Shown piece after piece: positions 28,019-38,570 of a DNA stretch of 42,565 nucleotides. Source of the DNA: a virus (Duplodnaviria > Heunggongvirae > Uroviricota > Caudoviricetes); IMG/VR virus record IMGVR_UViG_2654588006_000002, one strand, 5' to 3'. A model generated the notes under the pieces. It was not told the DNA's origin and ran no database searches. It was given only the letters and a program-made list of their open reading frames with translations. Each line of letters begins with the position of its first letter. The stretch's first letter is position 1. The position numbers and the translations under genes were made by a program.

Positions 28019-28404
28019 TGAGGATAGATGTGATGACTAAAAATATCCGCAATCTGGCACTGGCAACGATGTCGGGGTTTCGCCATAAAACTGTTGATGT
28101 GCCTGAATGGGAGGGAGCAACGGTTGTATTACGGGAACCTTCTGCAGAAGCCTGGTTGCGCTGGCAGGAGATCGTTAAAGCAAAAGATGATGAGACACCG
28201 TTATCCGTTGCGGAGCGCGCCCGCCGAAATCTGGAGGCAGATGTTGAACTGTTCATTGATGTTCTGTGTGATACCGGACTGCAACCTGTATTTTCAGAGG
28301 ATGATCGTGAACAGGTGATTGCCGTGTATGGTCCGGTGCATGCGCGGCTTCTTCGGCAGTCTCTGGAACTGATCAGTGATGCCGGCGAGGTTAAAAAAAA
28401 GTAG
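28018..28404 (+). CDS. Tail assembly chaperone G
   Basis: 128-aa ORF ending ...GEVKKK* at the slippery A AAA AAG. Confidence 0.75.
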   Translation: MRIDVMTKNIRNLALATMSGFRHKTVDVPEWEGATVVLREPSAEAWLRWQEIVKAKDDETPLSVAERARRNLEADVELFIDVLCDTGLQPVFSEDDREQVIAVYGPVHARLLRQSLELISDAGEVKKK

Positions 28405-28706
28405 CGCTTCCGGGGATGCGTTTTCTGATGATGCTGGCGCTCAGGATGGGGCGCACATTGTCAGAGTTACGCCGGGAAATGTCAGCATCAGAAATCATGA
28501 TGTGGGCAGAATTTGACAGGTTCAGTCCGCTGGGGGACGAACGGGCTGATATCCGGGCTGCCCAGATTGTTTCAGCTGTTTACGGTGCGCAGGGGGTCAA
28601 AGTGCCACTGAATGATGCGCTTCTTCAGTGGGAGAAGGAGCAGACAGAAGGCGTATCAGATCCATTTGCCGGACTGGAAAACGCGCTTTTAATAGTGTCT
28701 CAGTGA
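28018..28706 (+). CDS. Tail assembly chaperone G-T fusion via programmed -1 frameshift at A AAA AAG (28395-28401)
   Basis: Slippery heptamer at the end of G; the downstream ORF 28416..28706 is in the -1 frame with no good independent start context, as with lambda G/GT. Confidence 0.6.
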
Positions 28707-28746
28707 GTCAACATAACCGCTTCGGCGGTTTTTTTTCGTCCGGAGA

Positions 28747-31700
28747 ATGAGTGTGGCGACATTACGTGAACTGATTATTAAAATCTCGGCAAATTCCCGG
28801 TCATTCCAGTCAGAGATCTCCCGGGCTTCGCGTATGGGGCAGGATTACTACCGTACCATGCAGAACGGAGGCCGGCAGTCCGCTGCTGCATCCCGTGAAA
28901 TGCGGCGTGCACTGGCAGAAGTGACGGATCAGATAAATACAGCTAAATCTTCGGCACTGAATATGGCGGGGGCATTTGCCGGAGCTTTTGCTACCGGTCA
29001 TCTTATTTCTCTCGCCGATGAGTGGAATTCAGTAAATGCCCGTCTGAAGCAGGCTTCACAGTCCAGTGATGATTTTCAGGTATCACAACGTGAATTAATG
29101 GCAATCAGCCAGAGAACGGGAACGGCGTTTTCTGATAACGCCAGCCTTTTTGCCCGCTCTGCAGCTTCCATGCGGGAGTATGGCTACAGTTCTGAGGAGG
29201 TACTGAAAGTCACCGAGGCGATCTCCACGGGCCTGAAATTATCCGGTGCCAGTACAGCAGAAGCCAGTTCGGTGATCACGCAGTTCAGTCAGGCACTGGC
29301 GCAGGGAGTGCTGCGCGGTGAAGAATTTAACTCTGTGAATGAGAACGGCGATCGTGTTATTCGTGCGCTGGCTGCGGGAATGGGTGTTGCCCGTAAGGAT
29401 CTGAAGGCCATGGCGGATAACGGAAAACTGACCGCCGATAAGGTTGTTCCTGCACTGATTAGTCAGCTTGGGGCGTTGCGTGATGAATATGCAGCAATGC
29501 CTGATACTGTTTCATCCTCTGCAACCAAAGTTGAAAACGCCTTTATGGCCTGGGTTGGTGGTGCGAACGAGGCAAGCGGAGTGACAAAGACACTCACCGG
29601 GGTGTTGAATGGTGTTGCAGACAATATTGATACCGTGGCTGCTGCAGCTGGCGCACTGGTTGCCGTCGGGGTAGCCCGATATTTTGGCAATATGGCGTCG
29701 TCTGCTGGATCTGCAACTGCCGGATTAATTACTGCAGCCAGAAACGAAGTGGCTCTTGCTGAAGCGCAACTTCGGGGGACACAGATAGCAACCGCCAGGG
29801 CGCGTGCGGCGGTTTATCGTGCGCAACAGGCGGTTGTTGCTGCTCGCGGTACCGAAAGGCAGGCCGCAGCAGAAGCGAAGCTGACAGCTGCCCAGGCGTC
29901 ACTTACCCGTAATATTGCGGCCAGAACAGCTGCACAGACAACGCTGAATACTGTCACGTCAGTGGGGAGTCGTCTGTTAAGTGGTGCGCTGGGGTTGGTT
30001 GGTGGTGTGCCGGGACTCGTCATGCTGGGGGCGACGGCCTGGTACACGATGTATCAGAATCAGGAGCAGGCCAGAGAATCTGCACGCCAGTATGCCGCAA
30101 CAATCGACGAAATTCGCCAGAAAACGTCGGCAATGTCGCTTCCTGAAGCGTCAGATAATGAGGAAAAGACGCGGCAGGCACTTGATGAGCAAAACAGGTT
30201 AATTGACGAGCAGAAAAGTAAGATTAAATCCTTACAGGAAAAAATTGCTGGCTATCAGTATGTGCTGGCAAACCCGGGCTGGACAACCGATAACGGTTTT
30301 ATGATTAACCACATGACGTCGGTAAAAACTGTCACAGAAGGGCTTGCAGAAGCAACAAATCAACTGGCAGTTGAACAGTCCCGTCTCACACAAATGCAGG
30401 GCAAAGCGCAATCCATTCAGGATGTGCTTGCCGGGCTGGAGGAGCGACGGGTGGCGTTGATCCGTCAACAGGCCGCGGAACAAAACAAAGCGTATCAGTC
30501 CCTGTTGATCATGAATGGGCAGCATACCGAGTTTAATCGCCTTCTCGGGCTCGGTAATGAATTACTTCTGCAGCGACAGGGGCTGGTGAATGTACCGTTA
30601 CGGCTACCACAGGCAACCCTGGATGATAAACAGCAGACCGCACTGAATAACAGCGAGCGCGAACTGGCTCTGTCCCGCCTGAAGGGGGAAGCCCGTGAGC
30701 GTGCCCGCCTGGGTTATGCTGCGGATGATCTCGGCTTTGTGGGAGAGGCGTATCAGACAGCCAGACAGAATTATATCAATAACTCACTGGATGCCTGGCG
30801 AAATAACCAGGCAAATAAACCCAAAGCGTATAAAAAGACCGAAGCGGAAAAAACAGAAGATATTTATAAACGGCTGATTAAACAGCAAAAAGAACAAATA
30901 GCACTGGCAGGGCAGAATACTGAACTGGCTAAGATGAAATATCAGGTCAGTCAGGGCGAATTATCAACCCTGTCAGAAGCGCAGAAAAAAACGCTTTTGC
31001 AGAATGCAGCACTCATCGACCAGAAAAAGATTCGTGAGCAGCTTGCTGCGTATGAGAGCAGTCTGGCGGACAGTAATGCCAGTGCCCGGGCATCTGACGA
31101 AGCGCAGTTGCTGGGATATGGTGAAGGCTCACGGATGCGTGAACGACTCCAGGAAATGTGGAGTATCCGGCAGGCGTTTGAGCAGAAAAATAACGAGCTG
31201 CTGAGACAGTATCAGGCCGGAGAAATTGAAGAAGCCCTGTGGAAACAGGAGAAAGAACTGAATAAAAAATATCTGGAAGAGCGTCTCAGCGATCAGCAGG
31301 ATTATTATGCAAAGGCCGATGCTTTACGTAATAACTGGAATGCCGGACTCCAGGAGGGACTGACCAACTGGGCAGACAGTGCCACCGATTATGCTTCACA
31401 GGCGGCAGATGCTGTCGTTTCCACGATGGACGGGCTGGTATCAAATATTTCCGATGCACTGGCCGGGAATGTTGTGGACTGGAGGAACTGGGGGAGTTCA
31501 GTTCTCCGGGAAGTTTCAAAAATTCTGATGAATGCAGCCATTGTTAACGGACTGAAATCACTCTCCGGTGCCGGAGGGTGGCTTGGTACGGTCGGCGGAT
31601 GGATTTCGGGGGCAGTGGCAAACGCAAAAGGTGGTGTTTACACATCGGCAAATCTGAGTGCTTACAGTAACACTATTGTGGATACACCGACGTATTTTGC

Positions 31701-31980
31701 TTTTGCGAAAGGTGCCGGGTTGATGGGCGAGGCCGGGCCTGAAGCAATCATGCCACTGACACGGGCAGCGGACGGCTCTCTTGGGGTCAGGGCCATTGGA
31801 AATGTGAATGGTGGTGGTGGATTTGTTTATTCTCCCGTGTATCACATCAGCATTCAGAATCAAGGGAGCAATGGCGAGATAGATGCGCGCTCAGCCAGGG
31901 GACTGGTGGATCTGATCGACAGCAGGGTTGTGTCAATTATGCAGTCATCGCGTCGGGATGGAGGATTGTACAGTGCCTGA
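28747..31980 (+). CDS. Tail tape measure protein
   Basis: 1077-aa alpha-helical, Ala/Gln-rich ORF between the chaperone and the minor tail genes. Confidence 0.9.
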   Translation: MSVATLRELIIKISANSRSFQSEISRASRMGQDYYRTMQNGGRQSAAASREMRRALAEVTDQINTAKSSALNMAGAFAGAFATGHLISLADEWNSVNARLKQASQSSDDFQVSQRELMAISQRTGTAFSDNASLFARSAASMREYGYSSEEVLKVTEAISTGLKLSGASTAEASSVITQFSQALAQGVLRGEEFNSVNENGDRVIRALAAGMGVARKDLKAMADNGKLTADKVVPALISQLGALRDEYAAMPDTVSSSATKVENAFMAWVGGANEASGVTKTLTGVLNGVADNIDTVAAAAGALVAVGVARYFGNMASSAGSATAGLITAARNEVALAEAQLRGTQIATARARAAVYRAQQAVVAARGTERQAAAEAKLTAAQASLTRNIAARTAAQTTLNTVTSVGSRLLSGALGLVGGVPGLVMLGATAWYTMYQNQEQARESARQYAATIDEIRQKTSAMSLPEASDNEEKTRQALDEQNRLIDEQKSKIKSLQEKIAGYQYVLANPGWTTDNGFMINHMTSVKTVTEGLAEATNQLAVEQSRLTQMQGKAQSIQDVLAGLEERRVALIRQQAAEQNKAYQSLLIMNGQHTEFNRLLGLGNELLLQRQGLVNVPLRLPQATLDDKQQTALNNSERELALSRLKGEARERARLGYAADDLGFVGEAYQTARQNYINNSLDAWRNNQANKPKAYKKTEAEKTEDIYKRLIKQQKEQIALAGQNTELAKMKYQVSQGELSTLSEAQKKTLLQNAALIDQKKIREQLAAYESSLADSNASARASDEAQLLGYGEGSRMRERLQEMWSIRQAFEQKNNELLRQYQAGEIEEALWKQEKELNKKYLEERLSDQQDYYAKADALRNNWNAGLQEGLTNWADSATDYASQAADAVVSTMDGLVSNISDALAGNVVDWRNWGSSVLREVSKILMNAAIVNGLKSLSGAGGWLGTVGGWISGAVANAKGGVYTSANLSAYSNTIVDTPTYFAFAKGAGLMGEAGPEAIMPLTRAADGSLGVRAIGNVNGGGGFVYSPVYHISIQNQGSNGEIDARSARGLVDLIDSRVVSIMQSSRRDGGLYSA

Positions 31981-32314
31981 GCCTGAAGTTTTTAACTGGA
32001 TCCCCCGTGAGGGGATGGAGACGACACGAAAGCCATCAGTTATTACGGTAAAGTTTGGTGACGGATATGAACAGCGACGGGCTGGTGGTCTGAATGCGGA
32101 TCTGAAAACGTTTAAACCGGTATTTCGTGTCACAGATGAATATTCCCGTGCCGCGCTGGACAGTTTTTTATCCCGTCATGCCGGGATTCGTGCTTTTTTG
32201 TGGCGTCCGCCAAAACACAACAGGACTGTCCGGGTTGTCTGCAGGGAGTGGAGCATTTCGGATAATGCCATGTATACCGATTTTAACTGTACCTTTGAAG
32301 AGGTCACTCACTGA
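31973..32314 (+). CDS. Minor tail protein M
   Basis: KFGDGYEQRRAGGLNADLKTF...FLWRPP resembles lambda gpM (RFGDGYSQRAPAGLNANLKTY...FLWTPP); GTG start with GGAGG RBS, or ATG at 31958. Confidence 0.8.
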   Translation: MPEPEVFNWIPREGMETTRKPSVITVKFGDGYEQRRAGGLNADLKTFKPVFRVTDEYSRAALDSFLSRHAGIRAFLWRPPKHNRTVRVVCREWSISDNAMYTDFNCTFEEVTH

Positions 32315-33012
32315 TGCAGGATATACAGCAGGAAACACTCAATGAGTGCACTAAAACGGAGCAATCCGTGCTGGTCGTGCTCTGGGAAATTGATCTGACA
32401 GAGGTCGGCGGAGATCGTTATTTCTTCTGTAATGAGCAGAACGAAAAAGGTGAACCAGTCACCTGGCAGGGGCGGCAGTATCAGGCTTATCCCATTCAGG
32501 GAAGCGGATTTGAGATGAACGGCAAAGGAGCCAGTGCAAGGCCAACGCTTAAAGTCTCTAATCTGTACGGCATGGTCACCGGGATGGCGGAAGATCTGCA
32601 GAGTCTGGTCGGCGGAACGGTGGTCCGGCGTAAGGTTTACGCCCGTTTTCTGGATGCGGTGAACTTCGTCAACGGAAACAGTGACGCCGATCCGGAGCAG
32701 GAGGTGATCAGCCGCTGGCGCATCGAACAGTGCAGCGAACTGAGCGCGGTCAGTGCCTCTTTTGTGCTGTCCACACCGACGGAAACGGATGGCGCTGTTT
32801 TTCCGGGGCGCATCATGCTGGCCAACACCTGCACCTGGATCTACCGCGGCGATGAGTGCGGTTATGATGGCCCGGCGGTCGCGGATGAATATGACCAGCC
32901 AACGTCCGATATCACGAAGGATAAGTGCAGCAAATGCCTGAGTGGTTGCAAGTTCCGCAATAACGTCGGCAATTTTGGCGGCTACCTTTCCATTAACAAA
33001 CTTTCGCAGTAA
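32314..33012 (+). CDS. Minor tail protein L
   Basis: 232-aa ORF with Cys cluster near the C-terminus (CSKCLSGCKFRNNVGNFGG), lambda gpL-like. Confidence 0.85.
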   Translation: MQDIQQETLNECTKTEQSVLVVLWEIDLTEVGGDRYFFCNEQNEKGEPVTWQGRQYQAYPIQGSGFEMNGKGASARPTLKVSNLYGMVTGMAEDLQSLVGGTVVRRKVYARFLDAVNFVNGNSDADPEQEVISRWRIEQCSELSAVSASFVLSTPTETDGAVFPGRIMLANTCTWIYRGDECGYDGPAVADEYDQPTSDITKDKCSKCLSGCKFRNNVGNFGGYLSINKLSQ

Positions 33013-33016
33013 ACCC

Positions 33017-33760
33017 ATGACAGAGACAGAATCAGCGATTCTGGCGCACGCCCGGCGATGTGCGCCAGCGGAGTCGTGCGGCTTCGTGGTGAGAACGCCG
33101 GAGGGGGACAGATATTTTCCCTGCGTGAATATCTCCGGTGAGCCGGAGGCGTATTTCCGGATGTCGCCGGAGGACTGGCTGCGGGCAGAGATGCAGGGTG
33201 AGATTGTGGCGCTGGTCCACAGCCACCCCGGTGGTCTGCCCTGGCTGAGTGAGGCCGACCGGCGGCTGCAGGTGCAGAGTGATTTGCCGTGGTGGCTGGT
33301 CTGCCGTGGGGAGATTCATAAATTCCGCTGTGTGCCGTATCTCACCGGGCGGCGCTTTGAGCACGGGGTGACGGACTGTTACACGCTGTTCCGGGATGCT
33401 TACCATCTGGCGGGGATTGAGATGCCGGATTTTCATCGCGAGGATGACTGGTGGCGTCACGGTCAGAATCTCTATCTGGATAATCTGGAGGCCACAGGGC
33501 TGTATCAGGTGCCGTTGTCAGCGGCGCAGCCGGGCGATGTGCTGCTGTGCTGTTTTGGTTCATCGGTGCCGAATCATGCCGCCATTTACTGTGGTGACGG
33601 CGAGCTGCTGCACCATATTCCTGAACAACTGAGCAAACGAGAGAGGTACACCGACAAATGGCAGCGACGCACACACTCCCTCTGGCGTCACCAGGCATGG
33701 CACGCATCTGCCTTTACGGGGATTTACAACGATTTGTCCGCCGCATCGATCTGCGTGTGA
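33017..33760 (+). CDS. Tail assembly protein K (MPN/JAB plus NlpC/P60-like)
   Basis: From Met26 of ORF 32942..33760; HSHP motif (IVALVHSHPGG) and Cys/His peptidase-like segment, lambda gpK-like. Confidence 0.85.
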   Translation: MTETESAILAHARRCAPAESCGFVVRTPEGDRYFPCVNISGEPEAYFRMSPEDWLRAEMQGEIVALVHSHPGGLPWLSEADRRLQVQSDLPWWLVCRGEIHKFRCVPYLTGRRFEHGVTDCYTLFRDAYHLAGIEMPDFHREDDWWRHGQNLYLDNLEATGLYQVPLSAAQPGDVLLCCFGSSVPNHAAIYCGDGELLHHIPEQLSKRERYTDKWQRRTHSLWRHQAWHASAFTGIYNDLSAASICV

Positions 33761-34299
33761 AAACGGGGGCCGAAGCCATCCGGGCGCTGGCCATGCAGAT
33801 CCCGGCGTTTCGTCAGAAGCTGAGCGACGGCTGGTATCAGGTACGCATTGCCGGGCGTGATACAGGTGAAACGGAATTATCAGCCCGTCTTAATGAACCG
33901 CTGGCAAATGGTGCTGTGATCCATATCGTGCCGCGTCTGGCAGGAGCCAAAAGTGGCGGTGTGTTTCAGGCTGTGCTGGGGGCGGCTGTTATGGCGGTTG
34001 CTATATGGATGCCGGGGGTAGGAATTATGGCGAGTAATCTGCTGTTTTCTCTCGGTGCCAGTATGACGCTTGGCGGTGTTGCACAGATGCTGGCCCCTAA
34101 ACCCAAAACCCCCCGCACACAGACAACGGATAACGGCAAACAGAACACCTATTTTTCTTCACTGGATAATATGGTTGCCCAGGGCAATGTTCTGCCCGTT
34201 CTGTACGGTGAAATGCGCGTGGGGTCGCGGGTGGTCTCTCAGGAGATCAGCACGGCAGACGAAGGGGATGGTGGTCAGGTTGTGGTGATTGGTCGCTGA
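33658..34299 (+). CDS. Tail assembly protein I
   Basis: 213-aa ORF overlapping the K 3' end, as lambda K/I do; C-terminal hydrophobic segment. Confidence 0.8.
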   Translation: MAATHTLPLASPGMARICLYGDLQRFVRRIDLRVKTGAEAIRALAMQIPAFRQKLSDGWYQVRIAGRDTGETELSARLNEPLANGAVIHIVPRLAGAKSGGVFQAVLGAAVMAVAIWMPGVGIMASNLLFSLGASMTLGGVAQMLAPKPKTPRTQTTDNGKQNTYFSSLDNMVAQGNVLPVLYGEMRVGSRVVSQEISTADEGDGGQVVVIGR

Positions 34300-34359
34300 T
34301 GCAAAACATTTTATGTGAAACCGCCTGCGGGCGGTTTTGTCGTTTATGGAGCGTGACGA

Positions 34360-37300
34360 ATGGGTAAAGGCAGCAGTAAGGGGCATACCCCGCGCGAAGC
34401 GAAGGACAACCTGAAGTCCACGCAGCTGCTGAGTGTGATCGATGTCATCAGCGAAGGGCCGATTGAAGGTCCGGTGGATGGATTAAAAAGCGTGCTGCTG
34501 AACAGTACGCCGGTGCTGGACAGTGAGGGGAATACCAATATCTCCGGCGTCACGGTGGTGTTCCGGGCAGGTGAGCAGGAGCAGACGCTGCCGGAGGGCT
34601 TTGAATCCTCCGGTTCCGAGACGGTGCTGGGTACGGAAGTAAAATACGACACGCCGATTACCCGGACCATCACGTCTGCAAACATCGACCGTCTGCGCTT
34701 TACCTTCGGTGTGCAGGCACTGGTGGAAACCACCTCAAAGGGGGACCGGAATCCGTCGGAAGTCCGCCTGCTGGTTCAGATACAACGTAACGGTGGCTGG
34801 GTGACGGAAAAAGACATCACCATTAAAGGCAAAACCACCTCACAGTATCTGGCATCGGTGGTGGTGGGTAACCTGCCGCCGCGCCCGTTCAATATCCGGA
34901 TGCGCAGGATGACGCCGGACAGCACCACAGATCAGCTGCAGAACAAAACGCTCTGGTCGTCATACACCGAAATCATCGATGTGAAACAGTGCTACCCGAA
35001 CACGGCACTGGTCGGCGTACAGGTGGATTCGGAGCAGTTCGGCAGCCAGCAGGTGAGCCGTAATTATCATCTGCGCGGGCGTATTCTGCAGGTGCCGTCG
35101 AACTATAACCCGCAGACGCGGCAATACAGCGGTATCTGGGACGGAACGTTTAAGCCAGCATACAGCAATAACATGGCCTGGTGTCTGTGGGATATGCTGA
35201 CCCATCCACGCTACGGCATGGGGAAACGTCTTGGTGCGGCGGATGTGGACAAATGGGCGCTGTATGTCATCGGCCAGTACTGCGACCAGTCAGTGCCGGA
35301 CGGCTTTGGCGGCACGGAGCCGCGCATCACCTGTAATGCGTACCTGACCACACAACGTAAGGCGTGGGATGTGCTCAGTGATTTCTGCTCGGCGATGCGC
35401 TGTATGCCGGTATGGAACGGGCAGACGCTGACGTTCGTGCAGGACCGACCGTCGGATAAGGCGTGGACCTATAACCGCAGTAATGTGGTGATGCCGGATG
35501 ATGGCGCGCCGTTCCGCTACAGCTTCAGCGCCCTGAAAGACCGCCATAATGCCGTTGAGGTGAACTGGATTGACCCGAACAACGGCTGGGAGACGGCGAC
35601 AGAGCTTGTTGAAGATACGCAGGCCATTGCCCGTTACGGTCGTAATGTTACGAAGATGGATGCCTTTGGCTGTACCAGCCGGGGGCAGGCACACCGCGCC
35701 GGGCTGTGGCTGATTAAAACGGAGCTGCTGGAGACGCAGACCGTGGATTTCAGCGTCGGCGCAGAAGGGCTTCGCCATGTACCGGGCGATGTTATTGAAA
35801 TCTGCGATGATGACTATGCCGGTATCAGCACCGGTGGTCGTGTGCTGGCGGTGAACAGCCAGACCCGGACGCTGACGCTCGACCGTGAAATCACGCTGCC
35901 ATCCTCCGGTACCACGCTGATAAGCCTGGTTGACGGAAGTGGCAATCCGGTCAGCGTGGAGGTTCAGTCCGTCACCGACGGCGTGAAGGTAAAAGTGAGC
36001 CGTGTTCCTGAGGGTGTTGCTGAATACAGCGTATGGGGGCTGAAGCTGCCGACGCTGCGCCAGCGCCTGTTCCGCTGCGTGAGTATCCGTGAGAACGACG
36101 ACGGCACGTATGCCATCACCGCCGTGCAGCATGTGCCGGAAAAAGAGGCCATCGTGGATAACGGGGCGCACTTTGACGGCGAACAGAGTGGCACGGTGAA
36201 TGGTGTCACGCCGCCAGCGGTGCAGCACCTGACCGCAGAAGTCACTGCAGACAGCGGGGAATATCAGGTGCTGGCGCGATGGGACACACCGAAGGTGGTG
36301 AAGGGCGTGAGCTTTATGCTTCGCCTGACCGTGGCAGCGGACGACGGCAGTGAGCGGCTGGTCAGCACGGCCCGGACGACAGAAACCACATACCGCTTCA
36401 GGCAGCTGGCGCTGGGGAACTACAGGCTGACAGTCCGGGCGGTAAATGCGTGGGGGCAGCAGGGCGATCCGGCATCGGTATCGTTCCGGATTGCCGCACC
36501 TGCAGTGCCGTCGCGGATTGAGCTGACGCCGGGCTATTTTCAGATAACCGCCACGCCGCATCTTGCCGTTTATGACCCGACGGTACAGTTTGAGTTCTGG
36601 TTCTCGGAAAAGCGGATTACCGATATCAGGCAGGTTGAAACCACAGCCCGCTATCTTGGCACGGCGCTGTACTGGATAGCCGCCAGTATCAATATCAAAC
36701 CGGGCCATGATTATTATTTTTACGTTCGCAGTGTGAACACCGTTGGCAAATCGGCATTCGTGGAGGCTGTTGGTCAGCCGAGTGATGATGCATCCGGCTA
36801 TCTGGATTTTTTCAAAGGCGAGATAGGGAAAACCCATCTGGCTCAGGAGCTGTGGACGCAGATTGATAACGGTCAGCTTGCGCCTGACCTGGCTGAAATC
36901 AGGACGTCCATTACGGATGTCAGCAATGAAATCACGCAGACCGTCAATAAGAAACTGGAAGACCAGAGTGCAGCGATCCAGCAGATACAGAAGGTTCAGG
37001 TTGATACAAATAATAACCTGAACAGCATGTGGGCAGTGAAGCTGCAGCAGATGCAGGACGGACGCCTTTATATTGCGGGTATCGGTGCCGGTATTGAGAA
37101 CACCCCTGACGGCATGCAGAGTCAGGTGCTGCTGGCAGCAGACAGGATTGCGATGATTAATCCTGCGAATGGCAACACAAAGCCGATGTTTGTTGGTCAG
37201 GGCGATCAGATATTCATGAATGAAGTGTTCCTGAAACGCCTGACGGCCCCCACCATTACCAGCGGCGGTAATCCTCCGGCATTTTCCCTGACATCAGACG

Positions 37301-37839
37301 GGAGACTGACGGCGAAAAATGCCGATATCAGCGGTAACGTGAATGCGAACTCCGGGACGCTCAACAACGTCACGATTAACGAGAACTGTCGGGTTCTGGG
37401 AAAACTGTCCGCGAACCAGATTGAAGGCGATCTCGTTAAAACAGTGGGCAAAGCTTTCCCCCGGGACTCCCGTGCACCGGAACGGTGGCCATCAGGGACC
37501 ATTACCGTCAGGGTTTATGACGATCAGCCGTTTGACCGGCAGATTGTTATTCCTGCGGTGGCATTCAGCGGCGCTAAACATGAGAGAGAGCATACTGATA
37601 TTTACTCCTCATGCCGTCTGATAGTGCGGAAAAACGGTGCTGAAATTTATAACCGTACCGCGCTGGATAATACGCTGATTTACAGTGGCGTTATTGATAT
37701 GCCTGCCGGTCACGGTCACATGACGCTGGAGTTTTCGGTGTCAGCATGGCTGGTAAATGACTGGTATCCCACAGCAAGTATCAGCGATTTGCTGGTTGTG
37801 GTGATGAAGAAAGCCACCGCAGGCATCAGTATCAGCTGA
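34360..37839 (+). CDS. Tail tip host-specificity protein J
   Basis: 1159-aa ORF, lambda gpJ-like, ending before lom. Confidence 0.9.
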   Translation: MGKGSSKGHTPREAKDNLKSTQLLSVIDVISEGPIEGPVDGLKSVLLNSTPVLDSEGNTNISGVTVVFRAGEQEQTLPEGFESSGSETVLGTEVKYDTPITRTITSANIDRLRFTFGVQALVETTSKGDRNPSEVRLLVQIQRNGGWVTEKDITIKGKTTSQYLASVVVGNLPPRPFNIRMRRMTPDSTTDQLQNKTLWSSYTEIIDVKQCYPNTALVGVQVDSEQFGSQQVSRNYHLRGRILQVPSNYNPQTRQYSGIWDGTFKPAYSNNMAWCLWDMLTHPRYGMGKRLGAADVDKWALYVIGQYCDQSVPDGFGGTEPRITCNAYLTTQRKAWDVLSDFCSAMRCMPVWNGQTLTFVQDRPSDKAWTYNRSNVVMPDDGAPFRYSFSALKDRHNAVEVNWIDPNNGWETATELVEDTQAIARYGRNVTKMDAFGCTSRGQAHRAGLWLIKTELLETQTVDFSVGAEGLRHVPGDVIEICDDDYAGISTGGRVLAVNSQTRTLTLDREITLPSSGTTLISLVDGSGNPVSVEVQSVTDGVKVKVSRVPEGVAEYSVWGLKLPTLRQRLFRCVSIRENDDGTYAITAVQHVPEKEAIVDNGAHFDGEQSGTVNGVTPPAVQHLTAEVTADSGEYQVLARWDTPKVVKGVSFMLRLTVAADDGSERLVSTARTTETTYRFRQLALGNYRLTVRAVNAWGQQGDPASVSFRIAAPAVPSRIELTPGYFQITATPHLAVYDPTVQFEFWFSEKRITDIRQVETTARYLGTALYWIAASINIKPGHDYYFYVRSVNTVGKSAFVEAVGQPSDDASGYLDFFKGEIGKTHLAQELWTQIDNGQLAPDLAEIRTSITDVSNEITQTVNKKLEDQSAAIQQIQKVQVDTNNNLNSMWAVKLQQMQDGRLYIAGIGAGIENTPDGMQSQVLLAADRIAMINPANGNTKPMFVGQGDQIFMNEVFLKRLTAPTITSGGNPPAFSLTSDGRLTAKNADISGNVNANSGTLNNVTINENCRVLGKLSANQIEGDLVKTVGKAFPRDSRAPERWPSGTITVRVYDDQPFDRQIVIPAVAFSGAKHEREHTDIYSSCRLIVRKNGAEIYNRTALDNTLIYSGVIDMPAGHGHMTLEFSVSAWLVNDWYPTASISDLLVVVMKKATAGISIS

Positions 37840-37857
37840 ATTTTATAACCCATATAC

Positions 37858-37885
37858 GGGCGCCAGAAATGGCGCCTTTTTTATT
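37858..37885 (+). terminator. Intrinsic terminator after J
   Basis: GGGCGCC-AGAAAT-GGCGCC followed by TTTTTTATT. Confidence 0.55.
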
Positions 37886-37906
37886 GCAGAAAAGCGAGAG
37901 GTAATT

Positions 37907-38506
37907 ATGCGTAAAGTTTGTGCAGCCATTTTGTCCGCAGCCATCTGTCTGTCCGTATCCGGTGCGCCTGCATGGGCATCTGAACATCAGTCCACGCTGA
38001 GCGCGGGCTATCTTCATGCCTCGACGAACGTTCCCGGCAGCGATGATCTTAACGGGATTAACGTGAAATACCGTTATGAGTTTACGGACACACTGGGGCT
38101 GGTGACGTCATTCAGCTATGCAGGAGACAAGAATCGCCAGCTTACCCGTTACAGCGATACCCGCTGGCATGAAGATTCCGTGCGTAACCGCTGGTTCAGC
38201 GTGATGGCGGGGCCCTCTGTGCGCGTGAATGAATGGTTCAGTGCGTATGCGATGGCGGGCGTGGCTTACAGCCGTGTGTCGACTTTTTCCGGGGATTATC
38301 TCCGCGTAACTGACAACAAGGGGAAAACGCATGATGTGCTGACCGGAAGTGATGACGGTCGCCACAGCAACACGTCTCTGGCGTGGGGAGCTGGCGTGCA
38401 GTTTAACCCGACCGAATCCGTGGCCATTGATGTCGCTTATGAAGGCTCCGGTAGTGGCGACTGGCGCACTGACGGGTTCATCGTGGGTGTTGGTTATAAA
38501 TTCTGA
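37907..38506 (+). CDS. lom: Outer-membrane beta-barrel protein Lom (Ail/Lom family)
   Basis: Signal peptide [24 protein letters not shown]; ends in aromatic VGVGYKF typical of OM beta-barrels; lambda lom position. Confidence 0.85.
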
Positions 38507-38533
38507 TTAGCCAGGTAACACAGTGTTATGACA

Positions 38534-38560
38534 GCCCGCCGGCTCAGGCGGGCTTTTTTG
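38534..38560 (+). terminator. Intrinsic terminator after lom
   Basis: GCCCGCC-GGCTCA-GGCGGGC followed by TTTTTTG. Confidence 0.55.
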
Positions 38561-38570
38561 TGGGGTGAAT

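Noticed and set aside
32308-33018. 236-aa minus-strand ORF
   Set aside because: Exactly antisense to minor tail protein L, whose sequence is clearly lambda gpL-like
35290-36837. 515-aa minus-strand ORF inside the J gene
   Set aside because: Fully antisense to the J tail-tip gene; Arg/Ala/Pro-rich composition typical of a stop-free reverse frame in GC-rich coding DNA; no start context
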